Positions 36,356-50,350 of a stretch of DNA of 64,000 nt are shown here, piece by piece (position 1 is the stretch's first letter; each line of letters begins with the position of its first letter). The position numbers and the translations under genes were made by a program. The notes under the pieces were generated by a model, which searched no databases, had not been told where the DNA came from, and saw only the letters and a program-made list of their open reading frames with translations. This DNA is from Schmidtea nova. Taxonomy: Eukaryota. The stretch is from NCBI GenBank assembly GCA_044892505.1, contig CM097883.1, positions 421,600,001 to 421,664,000 on the forward strand, written 5' to 3'.

Positions 36356-36931
36356 ATGGAAGCAAAAATGGAAGCAAAAATGGACCAGGTACTGGAACAG
36401 CTGGCCGGAATCCACCGAAATATACGCCATCTAACTGCCTGCGTATTCGAGATGGAGGAGGAGAAGCTGTTGTACGCCGAGCTCCGAGGAACGACGGAGC
36501 GAATGGAGAAATTCCGTTCTCGGTGCTGAAAGGTGGAGTCCACTTGGACGAATGTGGATGGCACCGAGAAGATGCGGAAACAAATCCGGCTATTACAGGG
36601 TCAAGCGGCCAAGGATGTGCTCCAACTGCGGGACGTAAAAGTGCAATTAAGGCAACGAGACGCCGAAGTAGCGTAATTGCAAATCGACGCCGGTATCGTG
36701 GCATCGGTTTTTCCAAAGAGTGAATGTGCGAGCTTATAATTGTTCCCCGCTCGGGCAAACGGGAATGTTCAGCCTCAAGAAGCAGCGGTCAAACTTCCAA
36801 TCGATCGGCCGAAGAAATGGCGTCCAAGTAAAGGAGTTCGGGCCCGTAGAAAGCGGCGCCAAGAAGCTCGACTCCTCGGACAGCTACGAAAACTTTCCGT
36901 GGAAACAATCGATTTATCAATTGGAGAGTGA
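36356..36931 (+). pseudogene. Coiled-coil ORF family A (191 codons, three in-frame stops)
   Basis: MEAKMEAKMDQVLEQL..TERMEKFRSRC*KVESTWTNVDGTEKMRKQIRLL..KGVRARRKRRQEARLL. Confidence 0.8.
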
Positions 36932-37297
36932 TAATTTGGACTAATGATACATTCAATGTATATATATGTGCACTTTTATTTTCGTTATGTACATAGTATG
37001 TGTTTTGTTGTTTGTTAATTATATGTATTTTACTCTAATAATTTATTGAAATGAATACGATAATTGATGACATGGTTTGCTTGAGAATATTAAATGAAAA
37101 ATCAACGAATTACGAAAATAATAGAATCCATAAAAACATTTATACCCATTACGTTCAATCGAACCGTTCAATGATAAGTGGTCATCAACTTTTGAAATCA
37201 ATTACGGCGATCTGAATTTGCCTTCTTGTATTAATCGTAGTAGATCCCCGCATTAGATCAATGGTTAATGTTAAAAAGGGACAAAACGGGCATTAAA

Positions 37298-37423
37298 CCT
37301 TCTATCGGTAGCCCTTGTACCCAGGAGTTATTCGGTCAATCATAGTTTCGAATTTTTCGACGCTCACTGATTGCGAATACCCACCCATTTGTTGCATTAC
37401 CAACGTTACATTGTGACGGGCAA
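37298..37423 (+). ncRNA. Candidate structured RNA motif, copy 3
   Basis: TATTCG-GT-CAATCA-T-AGT-T-TCGA[ATTTT]TCGA-C-GCT-CAC-TGATTG-CGAATA. Confidence 0.55.
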
Positions 37424-38736
37424 CAAGATGGTTAATCTAATATTTTGTATGTTGAATTGTTGATGTAAGCCATAGCAATGTCAATGTTATATTGACGATC
37501 AACAACCCACCAATCTTAACACTTCTAACCATAAGGATTTTGGCACCGCGATGTAAAGATAGCTTCGGTCTTCTTAATGAATTCATTAGCACGATATTTA
37601 CTTTAGAAACTTAAAACATGTAATAAGAAAATACTCGAGTGCTTTTCTATGTTTTTATGATATATTACATTTTATTTTTAAGTATAAATAGAACACAATA
37701 ATATTGTACACGTATAATAATGTTTTTATAAATCAAAAATATGAAAGAATGCCAAATGCAAATGAATCAGAATAAATAAGAAAAAATAGAGTTAATTTAA
37801 AGCGAATATTACCATGAGTAGACTTGTCAATAAACAACATGAAATTTATAAATTCATAAAAGTAATATTGATGGACTTCGCACATATCACCCCGATGCAA
37901 TGCATACTCTTGCTAACCGCGTAGAGCCCCTTGGAGATGTTAATTTATTAGCAAGTGAAGGCATGAATTGTTATTGAATGAACTAAAAGATTTAAAAACT
38001 GAAATTAGTTCCAAATATTTAAATGCTTCAGTAATTCGAATTCGTGAACGACAAGTTAGATTGATATCCTTTTTCCTATATTTGTAAAATTCAGAAAACT
38101 TTTCAAAGAAATTTAATGTACTGCAATGAGTTTTAAAAATCAATATAACTGTTATGAAAAAAATATTGTTAAGAATATATCCAAATTCTTGTATGGAAAG
38201 GAAAAACGATTCAAATGATCAATATATCGGAAACGCTGATACTAACAATCGGGAAAATGCTCTAAAAGAAACCATGGAAAAATCAAATTTTATAAGTTTC
38301 TTGAGAAATCAAAAGAAATAATATATCTAGGGCGAATTTTCCATATCGAAAGGGAACCTATTATAGGTTGTAATTTTATTAGTTTGTGTTATTTAATGGG
38401 TATATTGTTGTGTACTGGGAAATTACTGAAGGGCCCAAAAGAGTCTCCCAGAACTTATTGTGGGGACGTTAATGTTGTACAATTCTATTGTTTTGATTAC
38501 GATTATTATTAGTATTGTCATTTTTATTAATGATATTATCTTTATTGTTGTTATTATTAATATTGTCACCGCTTAGATAATTGCCGACACCGGGAATCCC
38601 CCTTTTTATTATTGTGTATATGACGGCAATGATATCTTGAAATAATAATAAAGTCAAATAAAAATTTAAATTATGAAAATTAAAAAGAAGTCAATAGCCC
38701 TTGGCAATAATGAAATAAATGAATAATAGAAATTAA

Positions 38737-39981
38737 GGATCAGGGAAAAAATGCCATATGGCATTTTTTTCCCTGTTGACACATAATTTAATAAAATTAA
38801 TAAAATTAATAAAATATACTAAATTAATAAAATTAATTAAAGAAACTAATTTAATAAACTTATATAATTATACTTTATAAAATTGAAATAATATACCATA
38901 TAAAATGACTACTGAAGAAATTGAAGAATCGCTTTTTACAATGACAGATAAGGAACTGAATGATTATTTGTTTGCACAAGGACTACTCGTGCGTGAAAGG
39001 CGTTGTGTTGGATCGTGTAACTATCCAATGAAATATGAAAGTTGCGACAACTACGTAGATTCATATGCTTGGCGATGTTACTCCAAAGACTGTAATAAGA
39101 GATACAATCGCGTCTCTATACGGGACGGGTCCTTCTTTGATGATATTGGAAAGGATATTAGGAAAGTTATTAGGGTGATTTTAAAATGGTGTACAAACGT
39201 TTCTCAAGCGTCTACCTTGCAGTCTGTTTCGGTTTCAAAACCAACATACCGCAAGATAATTTCAACAATAATAATAAGAATGAGAGAAGACAACGAAAGA
39301 GCACCAAAGTTAGGAGGACCCGGAAACATTGTTCAAATAGATTAAACAATGTTAAATTATAAGTGCAAAAGTCATCGTGGGAGATCTCCTACAAATAGAA
39401 CGGACGCCTTGTGTATTGTTGAGTGTGCACCACAAATAACAAAGGTGTGGGCTGAGATAATTCCAAACAAACAAGCTAACACCCTAATGCCAATAATCTG
39501 TGAACACGTCATCGGTGGATCTATCATTCACACAGATGAACACCGTTCATAAAATTCACTAGTAAAAAATGGCTTTTCCCATCGTTCAGTTTGTCATAAA
39601 TATATGTTTGTCAACCACGAAAATGATGTTCATACTCAACATGTTGAGTCGTTCAATAATTGCATTAAAAACGAAATTAAGAAAAGAAAAGGCGTGTTAA
39701 CAAACAAGATAGCTGATTTTCTTACTGAATTTATATGGAGATTGAACAATAAAGATAACCTGATACAAGCTGTAATGAATTTAATTAAAATCGAATAAAA
39801 ATTATTTTATATTTTTGTTATATTTTCAAACATGTACTCTTTTTAGGTTAATAATATTTAATTAATAATTGTTTTAATAAATATTATTTTTCTAGTTTTA
39901 ATTATTAATTTATTTTTAATTCTTAAATTTCTGGCATTTTTTTCCCTGTATACGTTTTTGGCTTCTTATTTTCGCTGATCC
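38737..39981 (+). mobile_element. Merlin (IS1595/ISXO2-like) DNA transposon, 1245 bp, inserted in the LTR
   Basis: TIRs GGATCAG(G/C)GAAAA and 8-bp TSD GAAATTAA/GAAATAAA. Transposase 38905-39798 is in one frame with two nonsense codons (QID*TM, HTDEHRS*, QHVESF). Confidence 0.95.
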
Positions 39982-41092
39982 GAAATAAACAAATATTAAG
40001 AAGACGAAAAATAACCATAGAAAATGGAGAATTGATTTTTTCATATAAAAATTAAAATGAGATTTTATGCCTAAAGAAGATTACACTAAATATTAATTAA
40101 GCAAACGAATTTATGAACCAAGATTTCCAACCGATAACACAAGAAGTCATTAAAGGAAGAATAATTGGGAAATTCTGGAAGTATTTAGACTATATAAGTG
40201 TTTACGTGAGAACCGATTAACATTTACTGTTTATTTGTGTTTTATAGATAATGAATTTTATAAAAATTATTTATTCTAGTTTAGTTGTTAGTTTGTTGTA
40301 AGCACACACCTACAAGCACTTACACAAATATATAAGCACACACCCCGACTGTCCATTGGTAGCAGAGCGTGGTTCCCTTCGGGGGGCCACGCACGGCGGG
40401 TAAGCTTCTTGATTGCTTATATCGGTCACAGCGCCGCATTATATTCTAAAATGTTTAAAATTTTAAAATTAATAATAAATTTAATGGGGGGATTTAGCGC
40501 TGTAATGGGCCCCAGCGACCATCCCCTTCCCTTAAGCTCAGTTGGGTCTGAGAATGAAAATTGGTCACCTGAAAGTAACTTGAAAGATGTTATTAAGCTT
40601 GATAGTAGCGGTATTGATACATCAAGCATTCTCTTTATTGAAAGACTTAATGATACTCTTGATAATCCCACAAAACTTACATGGGGTTATGATAGCGATG
40701 AAAAGCAAACTTTACATAAAGAATTTAATAAAACTAAAAGTAAAAAAAGTGACTCTCTCGGGCTCTTCAAGATCTTCCTGATATAAAGCAATAGTTTACA
40801 AACAATCATTTAATATCAAACTGTCACAAACGTTCACAAACAAACATAAAATAAACCTCCATAAACATAATAACTGGTGTCAGAAGCAAAGAAACACAAC
40901 ACACTCGACGAAATTTTTTTTTCAAATCACCTTTTCCTTTTAGAATAGTTATTATAGAACTATAAAGGAAGGTGAGATCTTTTGACCGAACACAGAAGGT
41001 CATATTCTTTTAATAAACTCTATTTTAATTACAAAATAAGCAAAGGATAAAACAAGAAAATAAACAATTTTAACAGCATAAAAACTAACACT

Positions 41093-42900
41093 ATGAATAA
41101 CCCCATCCCAAACTTTTTTATGAATGAAAATGGCTCTATTCACGCATGGTTGAAAGTAGCCAATCTGACATTATCCTTAAGTGGAATAACCTCACCAAAA
41201 CTGATATGCTCGAAAATTTTAACGGCAATTCCAAGTCATATCCGCATTGAATTAGCCGATCAAATAGATGAAATTTTCAATAACAACAACCCTTTTGAAA
41301 AACTATGCGGCATATTAGCAAATAGGGATGAAAAAAATAGAAAACAAGTACAAGAAACTTTCCCAAATAACAGGTAAATAAATAATACCCAAAATAATAT
41401 CACAAAACCCCAAAAACAGAATTTGGAGTACGTCGAAGCAAAAATAGCAAACTTTGACTTAAATGAGCGAAGTACAGTGCAAAAGCCAGAAACTAAAAAT
41501 AACGAAACAGAAAATAAAATGCTGACAGGCATGGTCGATAAAATAAATGCAGGAACTTACCCCAGCATTAATAGTACTCATGACTACAAAAACAAAATAC
41601 TTAACCATGAACAAGAGGAGGAAGAAAACGAAAGAACAGAATTTACCGAAACAAACAAAATTTTTAGTAATTTAATAAGTCAACTAGACAAAATAGCAAC
41701 TGAAAACAAAAGGTTCAAATTAGAACTAAATGAAATTAAAGAAAAGAACTTAAAACCAAATTACTGTCCAAATCAAACAGCGTATAAGCTCAATAGGCCA
41801 AAACCAAACTCAGGAAATCAACACCAAAACTTTTACAACTATGAAAACAAAGAATATGGAAATAGACAAAAATTCTGGAAACCAGAAACCAGATTATCAA
41901 ACCAAGAATGGTGTTACTTCCATAGCAAATTTGGAGAAAAGGCATTCAAATGCACAAAACCATGCAGATACAACGAAAAAAACGCAGAAAAATTGAAAAG
42001 TTTACCAGCAGTTGCTCCTACATTTGGCGAAACAAGTAAAGAAAAACTGAAAACGTTAGCAGTAGTAGCACCTACATTCGACAATAAACATACAACTTTT
42101 TTAGTATGTTCAAATAAAATAGAATTCCTAGTGGACACAGGTTCAGTGATATCGCTTTTACCTCATATTTCGTACAAAAATACAAAAAATCAAAGCAAAC
42201 TACTAACGGCAGCCAATGGATCTAACATAAAAACTTTTGGTGAACAAGATATAACCCGAACAATAAACAACAAAACTTACAAGTGGACATTCACGATAGC
42301 CGAATAACAACAAGCAATAATAGGAGCAGATTTCCTATCAAAATACAATTTTCTGGTCGACTGCAAAAACAAAAGACTTATAGAAAATTCACACACAACA
42401 AATATACAACACGTCATGATATGTGAAACCAAGCCGAAGATGGACATAGGCGTTGTTTCAATAAAAAATGAAAATAAAGTTTTTTTCCAACAAAACAAAA
42501 CAACCCCAGAAATAAACACACTACTGGAGAAAGCCGACAAACTTATCACACCAGCAACTTTCGACGAGAAAGCAAACATAAAAAACAACAAACAAATAAA
42601 TAAACAAATAACAACTAAAACAGTGAGAACATCGAAAACAAATTAAAAGGAATATTAAAAAAGAGACAAAGCTCAGAGAACAATGACAAAATAATACTAA
42701 CAACCGATTACTTACTAATAAAGAAGCCATACACAAAGGTTCCGAAGACAAATACGAAGGCCCATTCAAAATACTCGAAATCAACAAAAACGTGGCCACA
42801 ATAATAAAAAACAACAACAAAATAAGAATAAATATACGCAGAACGAAGCCATACCACCACAATCAACAACTTCCATGCAACCCTTCACACAACGAAACCC
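41093..42900 (+). pseudogene. gag-protease fused to an integrase C-terminal remnant
   Basis: ORFs 41093-41377 and 41423-42307, then IIGADFLSKYNFLVDCKNKRL, then after about 42530 the GPF integrase tail. Confidence 0.85.
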
Positions 42901-45900
42901 AAACAAAGAAAAAGCATATAACATTCAACAGTAGAAACGCAATAAAAGAATTCGACAAAAACGCGATAATCACCCCCATACAAAATGCTTTACAGCCAAT
43001 GCCTCAAACAACACAATCCTACATAGCATGCAAACATATGATCTTTGTATATTTTTATATTTTTAGCGTGAGTTGTCAAAGACAATACATAAACATATAA
43101 CACAACACATAAATTGAAATATGTATATAGAACACGTTTGAATTTTTGTAAATAGTGTAACCTCCGGTTTTAAAGGGGGAAGTTGTGCTAATGTTGTACA
43201 TTATTGTACATTATTATTAGTATTGTCATTTTTATTATTGTTATTATCTTTATTTTTGCTATTATTAATATTGTCACCGCTTAGATAATTGCGGACACCG
43301 GGAACCCCCCTTTTTATTATTGCGTATATGACGGCAATTATGCCTTGAAATAATAATAAAGTCAAATAAAAATTTAAATTATGAAAATTAAAAAGAAATC
43401 AATAGCCCTTGGGAATAATGAAATAAATGAATAATAGAAATTAACAAATATTAAGAAGACGAAAAATAACCATAGAAAATGGAGAATTGATTTTTTCATA
43501 TAAAAATTAAAATGAGATTTTATGCCTAAAGAAGATAACAATAAATATTAATTAAGCAAACGAACAAAACTAATTAGTTTACAAATTTTATTTAATAAAA
43601 AAACAAATCAACGATTACTCACGGTACTTGAATTTGTTGGATTTACATGTTCGGATTAATTTCTAGAAAGATTGTTTCAGTAGTTAATTTTCAGTCTTCT
43701 TGAATTTCCTTAGTATTTCTTGATGGTTCGTCTGTTTTAATTATCTTTTATAGAAGACTTGAAATATATTTGATAGGAATATGATGAGCTTATTAAACTG
43801 ATTGCTGAATTGAATGAAAACTATTTCTTTAGTATTTCTTTTTGAAATAGAAATAACAAAAATATCCGTAAAAATTAAATTAATATTTTTGGATTGATTT
43901 TTTATAATTAAATTAATATTTTTGGATTGATTTTTTATAATTTTTTATGATTTTTTTTAATTTCATGTACAATAAATATAAAAATTAACCACAGGGGAAG
44001 ATTAAAACCATACAAATTTTGAACATTACAGAACCAATAAAAGAGTAAGGAATTTTAATTTATTTTTGAGTGACCTAAAATCAAGTTTAATAGCCAGTGG
44101 AATAATTTTATTTATTTCAGGGAATATCGTTTCTAAAATAAGAACGAGATTAAGTCACCATTCAGTGAACAGTTTTTTGAAATCATATTTCCTGAAAAAT
44201 ATTAAAAATTTATAATTTTTACGGAACAGTCTCAGTAGTAGTAAAAAGGCCGTTGGGAAACGTATATAAATGAAGGTACTGGGTTCTACAAAGAAAATCG
44301 AAAATGCTAGGGGAAATGGGAATAGGGGACGAGAAAAGACGAAATGAAAATAATCACAGAATTAACATATAACGGAATCTAATATCATTTATTCGGCATA
44401 GTAAATAAAAAGGAACTTGTGAGTTATATATTAAAACGATTAATACTTTTATTTTCATTAATAAATTTTAATTGAATTTTTTTTAAATCTGATTAGTTTT
44501 CAAAATTATTTACAAAGTTTTTATAAATAGTTCTTACCGACATATAAAATTTTTTGGATAACATGAAACGTAATACTCATTACAATATGAGATTTTATAC
44601 AAATTGCATTAACAAATATATCTTATGTAAATAATTTAGTTGTATTATATGAAAATAAGGATCATGAATTTGCAATATTTCAATTTCTTAAATATTCAAT
44701 AAAAATATTAATTATCTATAATTTAGATAACCATCAGTGAGAAATTTAGGAATAAATTGTATTAAAATTTAGACGTTGATGTAACTTTTAAAAATATAAA
44801 TAACAAATTTCCGTGGGTTAAAAATGTCCCTGTAATTTTTATATCGACAAATAATTCCTACATGTATAAATAAAATAGTCGTACTTGTAAAATATGGCAT
44901 CTGGCAGATTTGCATTAGCAACTGAAATATTGCACCAAAATGACTATCAAATGTTCCACGGAAAATCATTCTTTGATTTACACTAAATATCATGGTTCTT
45001 AAAACTCAAATTGAAATAATTATCCTAAAAATATTTGAAGACAGATAGATTGTATATAAAAGCAAAATTTGCAGTTTAAAAATAATCATTCCATTGTTGT
45101 ATATAAAATTTAAGGTTAATGTTACCAAATTCGTAATGAAAATAAAAACGATAAACTTTTGAAATTATATACTTAAAAGACTTAATTATTTAAACAATTT
45201 GATTTTTAATTTAAATATCTAAAATTAAAAAAAATATATATATATAAATATATATAAATATTTACATATTTAGTTTTTATATTAACATTTATAAAACAAA
45301 TCTATGTTTATTTTAATAAAATGAAATATCTTTTAACTGAATTCTTGGAAATTTAAAATAAAATTAAAATTAATAACAATAATTTTGACTTAAGAATAAA
45401 ATTTAATCTTCAAATTCATATCTTTTATAATTACTTTATTATATGTGATGGGTTGTTGATGGGTGTATGACCTTGGATTTTATGGTAACGGGTGTTAAGC
45501 AGTCATCAGATAAAATTTTCCTTGACTCCTGTATTGTAATACTGCAAGATATACCTGTGAACGCGGGACTGACAAGCCCATGGTAATACTGTATATTTGT
45601 TTTCGAAAGTAACTTCGGCAGTGAATGCGATTATCTCACTTTGAGTCCAAAACTGCCAGATAATTACTCGTGTAGATAGAAGTGTTTGGCTAACAGAATT
45701 CTAATTTTTGATTGTTTTATTGCGTGGAAAATACACACAACGCAATATATAAATTAAAAATTCCCGAAACAGCAAATTATTCAAAGTATGAACTGGGTAC
45801 ATGATAATCAATAAACATGATTTATTAAAATAATAGAACGCAAGAGATCGAAAACACAACACAGTAGGCACACAAATCACATTTTAAAAGTCGATCAGGA

Positions 45901-48449
45901 TAGGGGTATCGATAGAAAAGAGACATCTCTAAAGAGTGCACACAATATGATAGCAGGTTGAATTTTTCATAAAAAGGACAATATAAAAGTAAAATGGAAA
46001 GATCATTGCTAGCATAAAAAATATGAAAACGATGATCGAAGAAAAAATTGTGAAATATAAAGAGAATAATTTATTAAAAATTAGTAAAAATCCATATTGA
46101 AATATCATTAAAATAATAGAGATAGAACGAAAATTGTATTTTGAATAAATTGGACTGTTTTATTCGAATAACTTATGCGCACAGAATTGTACCATGATGA
46201 ATGCATATGAAATTTCAATGAATTAATAGAAAATAATATAAAAATTAACTTTTTCGAGAGAAAAAATGATTCGTTTTAGCGAGTAAGCAATAATCTGTAA
46301 AAGGTTTTTAATTAATTTACGTTGTGTACAGAGTATGCGGGAGTAACATTGAAAAACAATATAAATAAGGCGCTGAAAATTATTATTTCAACTTCTAACT
46401 TCATACTTGTTAGCCAATTTATTTTCATTTTTGCGCAAATTTTCAGTTAATTATATTGTTTTGATACTATTGAGTGATATTATCATAAACGATATTTTTT
46501 GAAAAAGATTTTTATTGTGTTCATTTTCAATATACTTTTCAATAGTGTACTCCTATATTTTTCTCAATTATACCGAATCACAGTCTAGTATTTACACCCA
46601 CTTGTTGTTCAAAAACTGATAATTGTTTGAATGAAGCGGTAACATAGCATGTAGAGAGCGCGCAAGAACTAAATATAAAATTCTATGAGCTAAAACACCA
46701 AGTAAAACATAATAATCACAAAACACCGAAATAATCAAATAAAACACGTATAAAAATTAAAATGAACAAATGCGCATAGAATATACAAGTAAAAAACACA
46801 TATATAACATAAAAACATCAATTATGGAATAAAATTACAAATTAAGAAAAATTAACATATTTTTAGAAGGAGAATTTCGATTTTTATCTTGTAAATTCAT
46901 AAAATATGAAAGAAAATTGGTTTAGATAAAAATTTAGTAAATTAAACTAAATTATAAAAAAACTTTAATTCAAAAGTAAAATTTTGGATTAAAATAAATT
47001 ATTTAAAGTTTTATAAAATTTTATGCAAAAATAACTAATTTGATTTTGCGTAAAATTATAAAAGTTAATTTTGGAAAATTCGAAAATTCCTTCTAGAACA
47101 ATTTGTTTTACTATATCAATGAAAACAACACACAGAACATCATATATATATACCGCCTTCAAAATAGAATTCGCCAGGATTTGCTAAAGAATTTAATGGT
47201 TAAATTACCGACTCTTGCAGACAACTTAAGAATTTTCCACTGGTTATTGAAATTACAGAGATCTAACAAGATTTGAAATCTGCCAAGCCGAATTTAAGGA
47301 TATGGTGAAGGTCATATCCCTTTTAAATTATGAAAAATGACAGGCAATATTTTGAGTATCTACCTAGACTAATTGCAAGAACACAAAACAGCCCCAAAAT
47401 TTCATCAACAATTGCAAAACACATTTTCATGATACCTTTCAAACTCTCGAATATAAAAATGACAAAATTGGTTCATCAATATTACAATCCAAGGATATAA
47501 AGTCCATTCCAAAGATGTTATGACACCGATTTCGAGAATAGATGGTACCAGGTTAGCGTAGATTTCCGTAGATTAGTATAGAGTTATATTTTAATAATTA
47601 TTGATAATCGAGTTTTGACTTTTTTAAAGTTTTTGTGGTTTTGAATTTTTGAAAATGTTTGTACTTTTGGAATTTTTTAAAAAGTATTTTAAATTTTTAA
47701 ATTATTTAAAAGATTTGTCTTAAAAAAATTTAAGTTTTACCTAAAATGATCTTGACCTTTAACCTTAAAATAAAATTTTAGTATTACGGTATCGGTTATG
47801 TCAACGAATATTTAATAACAAACTATTTGATAACGTCATCAATGGCATAATAATTTTTATCTGGGGGTCTAAAAAATAGATGACTTGCTCCATTCACATT
47901 GGCCGACTCATCGATGACGACTTTTTGTTTATTGTATAGTTCACATAACTAGCTACTATCTGTTAGTTTTTTAAATTCCGTATATAAATGATATTCAAAA
48001 TAAACAAAAATGAATTAAATTTAAAATAAGTTTAATTAATTTAATACGATTATTTAATAATAAAAAACAATGTTAACATATTCTTTTTTGGAACCTGTTA
48101 CATTTAAGTAATGCATTTACAATATCCAAGTAAGAAAAATTGACGATATCGATATAAGAAATATATCAGAAATTTTGCTGATAATCAATAAAGAAATTCA
48201 ATCTAACGAAAATTTTACTTATATGAATTGCAATAAAGATTGCAATTTAGAAAATCTTGATGATATACAAAATAAAGGATTTAAAGAATCTAATGATATT
48301 GTGAAATCAGTTTGGAAGATAATAGATACAAACATTTGTGATTAAATAAAAAATTATTTTTCGTATTCTGTCCTTATTTTTTTAATTATTTGTGTGTGTA
48401 GATTATTTTAAAAAAATATTGAACTGTTAAAAGTTTTATTATCAAGTAA

Positions 48450-48680
48450 TAAATTGATATCTTTAAGATTGTTTCTTTTTTTTGATATTGATGGAAACTC
48501 TGTCAAGTCATGCTTCCAGTTACAAATTGGAAGAAAAAGAGAAAAAATGGTCATAAGGCCAAAACTTATTGTGGAACTGCGAACTTTATGGTTCCGGAAA
48601 TTATTATCAGAGAGTTATATTCATAAACCTATGACCTCTGGTCTCTTGGTGCTGCAGTAGTTGACATGTTGATAGGTTCG
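48450..48680 (+). pseudogene. Degenerate Ser/Thr kinase fragment (AGC-like subdomains VIII-IX)
   Basis: KTYCGTANFMVPEIIIRELYS*TYDLWSLGAAVVDMLIG at 48561-48677. Upstream LFFDIDGNSVK loosely resembles subdomains VIb-VII. Confidence 0.7.
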
Positions 48681-49909
48681 ATTATTATTGAAATAATGAT
48701 TGTTCATACGCACAGAAAAATAAGAATTTTGAGACAGATATTCTTTTCGAAAAATTGGGTTTTAATTAATAAATATATCTAATTCTAATAATTATGTATA
48801 TCTAGGACCAAGTTTTCTTTTATAGTCAGATAAATAAAAACTCTTGACATATATTGAATATAAAATATTCAACAACAAAATCGGATTTCCAAAAATTTGA
48901 TTTCAACTGCCGCTGAGTATTGAGACAATGCACAATTAACCTATAATCACTTCATTACAATATCAAATACTCGGCTACTCGTGCCTAAACAAATTTTTTA
49001 AAATAGGAGTAAGATAATGGAAGTGACTTGGTTCCCTGCCAAGAAAATAGCAAAAGCATAGTGCCAAATCCAATCCCTAACCTGACAGTTTGACGAGAGC
49101 GAAATCAAAAACGAGTCCCAAAAATCGTGATCAAGGAGCAGGCTAGATGAGAGTGCGATGAGACTGAATTTAGGTAATCGATTTATTGAAATATTCCAAT
49201 CATCTCGCAGTGAGTTTATTACATGAACGCCAGTGTAATCAGACGAAATCGACCAAGTAAAATCTAAAGAGCGCACATGAAACTCCAAAGAAGAGCTCGA
49301 TTAACTTGGTCAAATCAGACATTCCGTGCCACATGGTCTACAACTCTAATGTGATTAATGGAAAGAATGACGATGTGTTGGGTTTTAATTAAATCAGATA
49401 ATAATCTTCGGTGTCTGACTCATTGTGTTCAAAAAAATTAATAACTAATAACACTTCCAACGTATATTTGTTTTAAATTAATACAATCTTTTTACAATTC
49501 ACAGCAATAATACAGCGTTCCAATTATTCAATCGAGCTCAGCAATGAGATGTCTTGAACTTGTGCACTTTATAACAATAATCACATTGTATATTAGATTC
49601 CCCTGGATTGAACTCTTTTTTTAACAAGTTAGTTATCTCTCGATTCAGCTTTTTCTAAATTTCTTTACTCCTTTTCTCTAGTCTTTTTAATTGGTCGCTT
49701 TGCTAATCGCTTTGCTAATTGCTTTACTTTCCTATTCCTTCTAACTATAATACCTTTAAACTAATCTCGGTTTCTTCTCCCTAACCGAGGCAAAAGACCG
49801 ATTGTTTTCAATTTTGAGTTTCCTCACAATAAAACAAAGGTACAAAGAACAAAGAACAAATAATTAAATATTAGAAGAGTGGGATTCTTTTCCAAATACA
49901 TTTAATACA

Positions 49910-50350
49910 ATGAAAAAACTGGCAAACGCTCTTTTAACAATGTTTGATTCAACAGACGTATGCGAAACTTTATTTTCATCAATGAAATTTATAAAATCCA
50001 CACAAAGAAATAAATTTGGTAATGAAATGACTGCCGCATGTTTAAAAGTAATGGATTCTGAGTATGAACCAAATATACAATTATTAAAAAAGAAACAACA
50101 ACAAGTTTCGCATTAAATATGTATATATAAATATATGTATAATTTTTATTATATTGAATTTGTTTTATTTTTTAATTATAAAATAATAATCATACGAATG
50201 TGTTCAAATATATATATAATTAATATATAATAAAATCATATTATATGTACATGAATTTTTGTTAAATTTTTAATAACTAAAATAATACTTGATATTTTGA
50301 AAAAACAAAATCAATTGTGATCACCTTGTCAAAAATGTTCGCCATCGCTG
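49910..50350 (+). mobile_element. 3' end of a hAT (Buster/Charlie, GTF2IRD2-like) element
   Basis: MFDSTDVCETLFSSMKFIKSTQRNK..KKQQQVSH* dimerisation-domain end, and terminal GTTCGCCATCGCTG ending at 50350. Confidence 0.85.

Larger units (their letters stand above)
38459..43565 (+). mobile_element. Internally deleted CsRn1/Kabuki-like Gypsy element with two LTRs
   Basis: 5' LTR 38459-40872 (interrupted), PBS-Leu 40875-40886, gag with CX2HX9CX3C (WCYFHSKFGEKAFKCTKPC), protease FLVDTGS, integrase tail KYEGPFKILE, PPT 43172-43182. The 3' LTR 43184-~43565 (truncated) is about 90% identical by eye to the start of the 5' LTR. RT, RNaseH and the integrase core are absent. Confidence 0.85.

Noticed and set aside
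36339-36944. Overlapping ORFs 36339-36758 (-), 36523-36723 (+) and 36720-36944 (+)
   Set aside because: They are shadow frames of the family A pseudogene and are not conserved in the 58.2-kb copy.
37298-37423. The repeated motif as a SECIS element or hammerhead ribozyme
   Set aside because: The minus-strand GUGA..AAA spacing is too short and lacks the opposing GA pair. There is no CUGANGA core, and pairing favours the plus strand.
37300-37520. Convergent minus-strand ORF running through the motif
   Set aside because: A frame (WW.VD.QY..D..M..INNST) looks conserved just 3' of the motif, but it stops at the same TAA in two copies before entering the hairpin. Frames through the hairpin disagree between copies. 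Kept only as an alternative explanation.
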